Shown here: in pieces, positions 23,701 to 32,700 of the stretch
Layout of the letters: every line of letters begins with the position of its first letter
How positions within the stretch are numbered: position 1 is the first letter of the stretch
NCBI GenBank assembly: GCA_964509325.1
Contig: CAZDYM010000001.1
Location: 1-34,162 of the forward strand
DNA length: 34,162 nucleotides
Reading direction: 5' to 3'
Source of the DNA: an uncultured Phycisphaeraceae bacterium
Lineage (GTDB): Bacteria > Planctomycetota > Phycisphaerae > Phycisphaerales > UBA1924
Notes under the pieces: generated by a model
Database searches by the model: none
Told to the model about the DNA's origin: nothing
What the model saw: only the letters and a program-made list of their open reading frames with translations
Translations under genes and position numbers: made by a program

Positions 23701-26700
23701 CCAACGCGGTGAGCGGCAACTACACCTTCGTTGGCAACGCGACGCTGCGTGATCCTCTGACGATTGGGACGACAGGGGCGTTCGGCTCGTCCGCGGCGGG
23801 TAACGCACTGACCGCCGCGGGCCCCGACCCCGTCACGCTGACGATCCGCGCCGACAACGCGTTGCCGCCTCCGCCGGGAAGCACGTTGGTGACGAACCTA
23901 TCGGGTGTGACGGTGGGGCCCTTGACCGCCGGTCGGGCGGTGCGGCTTGGTGCCAACGGGGACGCTACGACGCTGAACCTTGATCAAGCGCTGATCGATC
24001 TGCTCTCGCCGACGCTGGCGACGGGCACGCTGACCATCACCGGGGCCTCGGTCTCGTTGCCCGCGGGCGCGCTGACGTTCGCGCGTCCGACAACCTTCGA
24101 TGCCGGGGTGGGGGCACTGAGTCTCACAGGGAACATCGCAGCTAACGGCGTGTCCACGGCTCAGGTGCCGTCGCTCACGCTCCGGGGTGGGTCGCTTGAT
24201 CTCGGCGGGACGATCACACTCGCGGACACCAACACAGTGCGGCTGGACTCGACGGGTGAACTCAACGTGAACGCGGCGGGAACAGGCGCTGGGATGACGC
24301 TCTCGCAGGCGGAGATCGACCGAATCGCCGGGGTATCGGTTTCGGTTTCACTTGACGCGACCGGATCGGTGCGCGCCGGGGGCGTGAACTTCGGGCCGCG
24401 CAAGGTCGTGGTTGAAGAGGATAAGAACCTCACCGACGGCATCGATTTCTTTGAGGTGACGGGGAACATCGACACTCTCGGCGCGTTCTTCAACGTGAAT
24501 CGGGACGCCGTGCTGACTGCCGATGCGGCGATCAACGTGAACCGCATTGAGAACCCGGTCGCCGACGCGGTACGGTTCGGCAAGACGCTGATCAGCGGGC
24601 CCGGCGGGCCGTACAGTCTGACGATCAACCCCGGGACGCGGGGAAACACGACGTTCATCGGGAACGTGGGCGGCACGACGACGGCGGACTTCGGGTCCAG
24701 GCTCGAGCAACTGGCGGTCACGTCCTCTCCCGGCGCTCCCGGCGAGGCGACCGTCCGGGTGCAGGCCGGGCTGCGGGCCGAGACGGTTTCGCTGGCCGGG
24801 CGGTCGCTCGAACTGGCGGGGTCGACCATCACCGCGACGTCCGCGGCGGCAGACGTTTCGACGAACACGGTCGTGCTGAATGCGTTTGGTGCCGAGGCGG
24901 ACCCGGCCGCGCGGCTGATCAATCTGACGAACGCGACCGTCAGGGCTCAGGGACCAAACGCGGGCGAGGGCGGCGGGGTGCTGGTCCAAGCGACCTCGGG
25001 CAGCGGTGCGGCAGCGCTGGGCACGATCAACCTGCAGAACGCCACGCTGCGCTCGCAGCGCGTCGATGGCACGGTCGAGTTGCGCGCCGACGTGATGACG
25101 AACGCCGCGAACGCCGCGAACGCCGCGAGCATCGACGCCGAGCGGGTGGTGCTGACCACCAGCAGCGGGACCAGACCGATCAGCATCGGCTCCTTCAACC
25201 AGCCCGATGCCCTGCACGTCAGTGATCTACTCATCCAGCGCGTCGATGCCGCGAACCTGGACCTGATCACCATCGGCGACGACGCCCGGGCCGGGGCCGT
25301 CAGGTTCGGCAATATCAGCACGGGGGGACGGAACCTCAGGCTGCTCCGGGCCGGGGCGAACCCCGAGATCGCCGGCATCCCCGACGCCGGGCAGAATACC
25401 GTCGGCGTCACGACCAGTGGCGGATCCTTCACGATCGGACGGTTCACGGACCAGTTGGCGGGCGAGACTTCCGTTCCGAACGACCTCCGGATCGCGGACA
25501 ACTCGACGTTGACGATCAACACGGCTGTTCCGGCAACTTCCGGAGGCGGCGCGGCCCGCGTCACGGGAGTGACGCGTGGCGCCGCCGCCAACACGGGCGA
25601 GAGCCTCGTTGTGCGCGCGGGCGACGGGTCCGGTCCGGCGCAGGACGGGGCGGTTCAGTTCGACGGCTCGGTCACCGCGCGGTCCATCGACGTGAGGGGC
25701 GGCAGCGTTCGGTTTGTGGATGGCTTCACGGCGGGAGTCGGCGGCGCGACGCTGAACGCCACCGATGACGCCCGGCGAACGCTCGTTCAAGGAGCCGCGG
25801 ACAGTACGTCCGTCTCGTTCATCCGCTTCATTGGTAACGCCGCGACGGAACGCTCGCTGACCGCCAGCGGCGGCAGGATCACGGTCGAGCGGGGCGATTC
25901 GGCTGCGAACGGCGGCAACGGAGCCGGGAACCTGCTGATCGGCCGGACACTCCCCCAAGGCGTCGTGGAGCCTGAGGATGTCACGCTCGCGAGCCAGGAT
26001 GGCACGCTGGACCCATCGGGCATCAGCGTCGCGGGCGCGACCACTCTGCTGAACGCGCGGACCACGCTCCTCACGCAGGGCGACGCCGTGACGCTCACCG
26101 GGGCGGTCAACGGCACCGGTGGTCCGGACGGCGCGCCGGAAGCGCTCGCGATCGATACCCAGTTCAACGGTGCGCCGACTCCCGGCGACGTAACGCTCAC
26201 CAGCGGGGTGTTCGGCGCCGGAGAGGCGGTGAACGAGCAAGGCCTCCGCTCGCTGCGAGTCGTCAGTGCCGATGACCTGACCGTCGGCGCGGTGAGGGTC
26301 TCCCATGATTTCCGCACATCGAGCGCCGACGGCTCGGCGGCCCGTCAAACCACGGGCAACATCGTTGCAACAGGCCACGTCGAAGCGGGAGAGATCGACC
26401 TGCGCACCGACGACCCGGCGTTGGGCTTCGCGCTTGACCGCACGATCACGCTCCAGCGGGGCTTCTCCACCACCCGCCCCGCCGCCGCGGCGCCCGGCCA
26501 GGCCGGCACGGCGAACTTCGTGGCCCTCACCACCACGCTCGAGGGGCCGGCCAGCACCGCTGACCAGGGCGTCGACTTCACCGGCAACGCCGAGGTCCGG
26601 GCGGGAGCAGCGCTCACGGCGACGAACGATGATGTCCGGGTGCTGGCGCACACCATTGCCCCGGGCACGCCGAACACCGGCAACCTGACGGCGAACGCTC

Positions 26701-29700
26701 CGGTCACGGCGCTGGCTGGGAACGTGACGACCGATGCCAGCCTGAACGCCAACGCAGACGTGACCGCACGCCGAAATGTGTCGGTTGGAGCGAACCTGAC
26801 GGTTGGTGGAACGCTGGCCGTAGCGATCCGGTCCACCGGTACCGGAACCGACAGCGGGAGTGTGACGGTGAACGGCAGTTCGACGTTCGAGAACGACGCG
26901 CTGCTCGCGACCGCTGGGTCGACGGCGAGTGCAGCCGGAACGTTGAGTGATGTCCGACTCGGTGACAACGCGAACGTCGATCGGGTGTTGATCGCCTCCG
27001 GGGCCGACGTTGAGATTCGAACCATTGACGGCAACATCACGATCAACGGCCCGGTAACCGGTACGGGCACGGCGGCAACGCCGGTCTCGAATGACCGGCT
27101 TGTTGTCAACGCCGGAGATTCGACCGGCGGCAACGCGAACGGCGTGGTTCTTTTCAACGGACCAGTGGGAGCGGAAGCAAACGGTGCCGCCGCCGACGCG
27201 TTGCAGAGCCTGAGCGTGACAGGGCGAGACGTCGCCTTCAATGGCGATGTAGGGAGTCAGGACGGGGCCGCGTCGGGCGTAGGCGACCTGTGGCGGGTCC
27301 GTGCGGGCGAGGCGCTGGCGTTCCGGGGCGACCGGTATCGAGCCGGGTCGATGGACATCAACTTCACGTCCACCGGCGCGACAGCACCGCACGTCGCCAC
27401 CCTTGCCGACGGTCTGGGTTCGGAGTTCAGGACGGACGGCTCGGACGGGCTCAACCTGGTGGGCGGGATCGCTGGGGCGAACGCCGGGACAATCATGGGT
27501 GAGTCGCTCACAGCTGTGGGTGAGACGCTCTTGGTTGATGCGGGCGATGCCGGGGCGATTCGACTCGGCCGGATCGTCGGCCCGACCGCCGAGGGCATCA
27601 CCGATGTGACCATCGCGAACGCGACCAACGCGGCGGTGCCCATCGCGGACGCCGACGCTGTCACCGTGTTCGGAAACGGCACGCTCTCCAGCATCGACAT
27701 CACGGGGACGTTGCGCGCCACTCAGGAGATTCGCGGCGATGTGACGTTTGAGGGACGAGTGATCTCCAACCGCATCGATATCACGGTGGACACTGGGCCC
27801 ACGGGCGGTCCGACCAACCTCGCGGATATCACACTCCGGCAGGGATTCGCGGTATCGGATGCTGCGGCGGCAAGCGTGTACGCGGCGATCCTGAACGCGC
27901 GGCAGACGACCATCGCCGGCCAAGACAGCACGAGCGCCAAGGGCATCAACATCATCGGGGAAGGGCTTTCCACGGCGCGGGTCACGGCGACGACCGGCGA
28001 CTTCGTTGTCACCTCCGGTTCGCACACCGAGAACGCCGGGCTCTCCGCGAGCGCGGGGAGCGTGCTCGTCGACGGAACGCTGACCGCCAACGGCGGAACG
28101 ACGGCGGCGGTCGACGTCTGGACCGGCGTGGACCTGAACGCGAACGCCGGCGTGGACGCGGGGAACGACATTTCGGTCGGCCGGAACCTCAACGCGAATG
28201 CGCTGGTGGACGCGGTGCGGAACGTCAAGGTGTTTGGAGACGCGACGATTGGCGCGGCCGGTGCGGCGATTCGTTCGACGGGTACCGCCGGCGCGGGCGG
28301 CACGGTCGACATCGACGGTTCCTCGACATTCAACGCCTCCGGCGAGATCACCACCGCGGGCGACAACGGCACGATCACCCTCGGCGATTCAGCGGCGGAC
28401 GTGATCACGGTTGGGGACGGCGTCAGCGCGGTCGTGGAGACTGCGGCCGGTGCGATCACCATCAACGCGGGCCGGATCGTCGGCACCGGTTCCGACGAGA
28501 GCCTCCGCATCGACGCGGGCACGACCACGCGTCGGGCCGTGACGATCAGCGCGAACGTCGGCATGAACAACGCCGGCACGGCGATTGACAACCCCCTCAC
28601 CACGCTCAACGTCACCGGTTCGACCATCGGCTTCACCGGTGTGATCGGGACCGGGACTTCTTCAGACAACGGTGTCGTGGGCTCCGCGGGCGTCGATGGC
28701 GTCGCAACGTTCCGCGCCCTCGACGGGATCACGTTCGTGAACCCCGCCGGCACCGTGGCCGCCGACGCGTACTTCCACGCGGGCGTCTGGTCGATCGACG
28801 CGGACACGGACCTCCTCAACAACGCCAGCAGCAACTTCGTCGCTCATGGACGATTGGTCAGCGATGGTGACATATCCATCAACGCCGCCCAGAGCATCAC
28901 GTTGAACCAGGGTTTCGCCAGCGGCACCGGCGGCGAGTTCACCGCCGGGCAGACCAACTTTAACAACCGCGCCAGCACATCCGGCGCGAACACCCAAGTG
29001 AACGGCACCGCGAATGTGAACGCCAGCCTCAGCGCGGGCGGAGGCGTCGGGATCACCAACGACGCGAACCTCAGCGCGTCGGTCTTCGCCGCGAGCGGAG
29101 GCGTTGTGGTGGGTGACACGACGCGGTTCCTCCAGAGCACCTCGATCGTCTCCAGCGGGAGCGGCGCGTCGATCTCGTTGGGCAGCGATGAGGCCACGGA
29201 CCGGTTGCTGGTCGCCGACGGCCGCACCGCAACGATCACCGCCAACAACGGCGCGATCACGATCACGGGCGACACGCTCGGCTTCAACCCCGTCGGCGGC
29301 ACCGGCGCGGGCGAGACACTGACCGTCAACGCGGGCACGGGCGCGGTCCGATTCAACGGCGGCATCGGCATCACGCTGTCTCCCACCGAGACGCTCGATG
29401 CGTTGGAAACCGCGACGATCACGGGCGGCAGCGTGACCGTCACACGGAGCATCGGTCGAGAGGGCGCGAACGGGATCGGCGTCCGCACGCTGACCATCAA
29501 CGCAGCCGACGGGTTCACCCTCAACGAGACCTTCGCCCAGAACCCCTCCACGGCGACCCACGTCCACACCATCGTCGCCAGCGCGAACACCGACGGCGAT
29601 GCCGACGGCGTGGGCACCGTGAACGGTCGACTGATCGCCGACCGCTCGCTGTCGCTGTCAGGTGTGTCGCTGCTGCTCGCTCGGGGATTCGAAGCAAGCA

Positions 29701-32700
29701 ACGCCGACGGCGCGCTGGCTGACGATGATTTCGCCGCGGTGCTCACCGCCGTCGATTCGACCATCAGAGGGCGGGCCAGCAGCTCGCAGAAAGGCCTGCT
29801 GATCGACGGCAACGCCGTGTTCGAGGCGGACGTTACGACCTTCAACTTCGGTCGCACCGGCCTCTTCGGCGCGACAACGCTGCAGGAGCGCGCCCTCGGT
29901 CTGGGCGTGACCGGCAACACAACGCTCTCCGATACCGACGCGGCGAACGCGGGGCTGACCCTCGCCACCAATGGGCAGACCGCGAGGTTCGGTGATGCGC
30001 TCACGGACTCGATGCTCGTTCGCGGCGGGACCGCCGCTCGGGTGCTCACCGGCAACGGGACCAGCGCGGCGCCGGGTACGCTGGGCGGAGATCTATTAAT
30101 CTCCGGCGAGATCCTCGGAGAGTCGGGGCAGGCCGGCCGAACGCTCCTGCTCAGCGCCGCCGCAAACACCGATACTCCTACCGGTGCCGCCCCCGGCGCC
30201 CTCGAGAACGCCGGGGCGGTCACGGTCAACGGGCTCGTGGGTGTCATCGCGGGTGGCGCGGCGCGGCCGATTGACGAACTCCGCGTGATCGGCAGGGCCG
30301 CCACGCTCGCCCAAGGCGTCGGCAACAGCGGTGCGGCGGGCGTCGAAGGTAATCTGTTCCTCACCGCTCAGACGGCGAGTCTCGGCACGGCGGGCGAGTC
30401 CCGCTGGGTCAGCACCGGAGGGTCTCAAGATTACAACGCAGATGTCAGGCTCCGGGGTGCGAAGCTGTCGTTCCGGTCCCAGCGGGGCGCCTCGGGAGCC
30501 CCGATCGTCTCGGACACCTTCGCTGTCAAGTTCCGGCGCACGCTTGCCTCCGACCCGGCGGCCGCCGAGCGAACTGCGGTGGACCTCTTCAGCCTCGGGC
30601 GAATCGATTTCCTCGGCGATGTCACCCGGCTCGGCGACTTCGAGTCGCAGCCCGGGGCGTCCGACCGCGTCTCGTACTTCGCGGACAACGGCGTGCTGTT
30701 CGGGCCGTCGGTGACGCGATTTGAGGCCATGCGTGCGGTGTTCCGCGACCACGTCACGTTTGCCGCCAGTGCCGTGCTCACCTTCAGGACTCAGCCCGGG
30801 AGCCCGGGTATTCTGGAGTTCCGCACCACCACCGGTGGTCCCACCGGCCCGAACGACTCAGCGATCAGCACGTGGACCACCGATCTCGTGATCGACGCGG
30901 GGGGGCCGGTCCGGTTCCTTGACGTCGTCAAGGGCATCAAGCGCATCGAACTCGGCGGCATCAACTTCGAGGTCGGGCCAGAGATCACCGTCTCGGACGA
31001 GATTCTCATCAAGACCGATACCGTGCTCCGCAACGACCTCCGCCTCGGCGGCAACCGCATCACCTTCCAGAGGACCGTCAACGGCTCGGGCCTCAACCTC
31101 ACCATCGGCGACGGCACCGAAACCACCACCTTCCAGGGCGAGGTCACGAACCTCGGCAGTTTCCTCTCATCGAACACCGGCTCCACCGTGCTGGGCGCCA
31201 ACTTCACCGCCAACAACGCCGACCTCCGCAACACGCTCACATTCAGCGCCGCCGGGCCCTACATCATGACCGTCAACCAGCTCGGCACCTTCAACGCCAT
31301 CGAGGGCAACAGCGCCGACGTCACCATCCGAGGTCAATCGCTCAACTTCACCAACGGCGGGCTCAACTTCGGCAAACTGCTGATCACCGGGCTTTCGCCC
31401 ACGGCGTCGGTCGCGGCCCAGGGGGCGTTCTCATCGGGCGCGGGCGGCGCGGTGATCGAGTTGCCCGTGACCCTTACCGGCGATACCTCGTGGACCGGCA
31501 CCGGCGCTCAGGTCGAATTCCTCCAGACCATCACCGGAAATACCCCCGAGAACACGCGCTTCGACTTCACCTTCACCGGCAACGCATCCAGCCTCCGTCT
31601 TGCCGGGAACGCCGAGGGCTTCGAGCGATTCACTTTTACGGGCAACACCGCGGATTCCAACCTGCTGGTCAACGCCGATCTTCTCACCGCGAGGGATATC
31701 GACGTCACCGGCGACCTGCGGGTCCAATCCCGCGCCCTGGGCCTCGGGTACAACCCCGAGCTGAGCGGAACCGCCGACGCGCTGTTCACCGAGTCCATCA
31801 CCATCACCGGCAACGTCCTCTCCTTCGGCTCCGAGCCCGTCCGGCTGCGGGCCCGCGCCAAGACGATCACTGTCACCGGATCGATCGGCACCGAGGAAAG
31901 GCCCGTGCAGTCGTGGGAAGCCTTTGCCATCGCTGGCCAGGACCAGCAAACCACCATTAACGAGATGGTTTTCCTTGAAGCAGGCGAAGGCGCCGATGAG
32001 GCCGCCATCGCCGTTTTCCGCACCCCTGCTCAACTGAACCAGGGTCTCCGCATCCTCCGCCGCCCGGGCACGTCCAGCACGATTCGGCGCTTTGCCGTGC
32101 TCCGCTTCAGCAAGGACCTCACCCTCGGCGGCACCATCTCATTCGACGACGCGCTGGCGGGCGCCGACGACACGTACGCCCTCAGCCGGATGGAGTTCCG
32201 CGGCGTGCTCCACCTCCTCAGTCAGGGTGCCACCATCGATCTCCGCGGCGCTGGTCCCGGCTCCCAGGGCGTGTTCTTCTTCGGAGGCGTGCGGAACGCC
32301 GAGGGCGTCAACCGCGCCCCCTTTACCGTCCTGGTGAACACCACCACTCCGAACACCGCGCAGCGCTGGCTCAAGCGCCGGCCCACCCGATCCGCGGCAC
32401 CGAATCTCGATAACAACGTCGAACTCGCCTTCGGGCCCGATGGAAACCTCGTTGTCAAGGACCCGCGGCAGTTTGCACGTGTTGACTACCGTGACGTTAT
32501 CCCTGTCATCGCCTTCGGTGGCGACCTCGGTACCGCCGATAGCCGCCTGGGCGAGGTCCGCTTGAATGTTCCCAACGGCCTACTCCCTATCGCCATCAAC
32601 GAACAGGGCCGCTTCAAGGCCGGATCCGCTCGCAAGTTCCGCGAGTATGTGCCCAAGGTCGCCTCGGTCTGGGCGGGCATTTTCGACGACAAGAAAGCCG

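Noticed and set aside
25101-25127. 9-bp tandem repeat aacgccgcg x3 inside tpsA (NAA NAA NAA)
   Set aside because: It is short, in frame and a multiple of three, so slippage would not switch the frame. I see no reason to call it a phase-variation tract.
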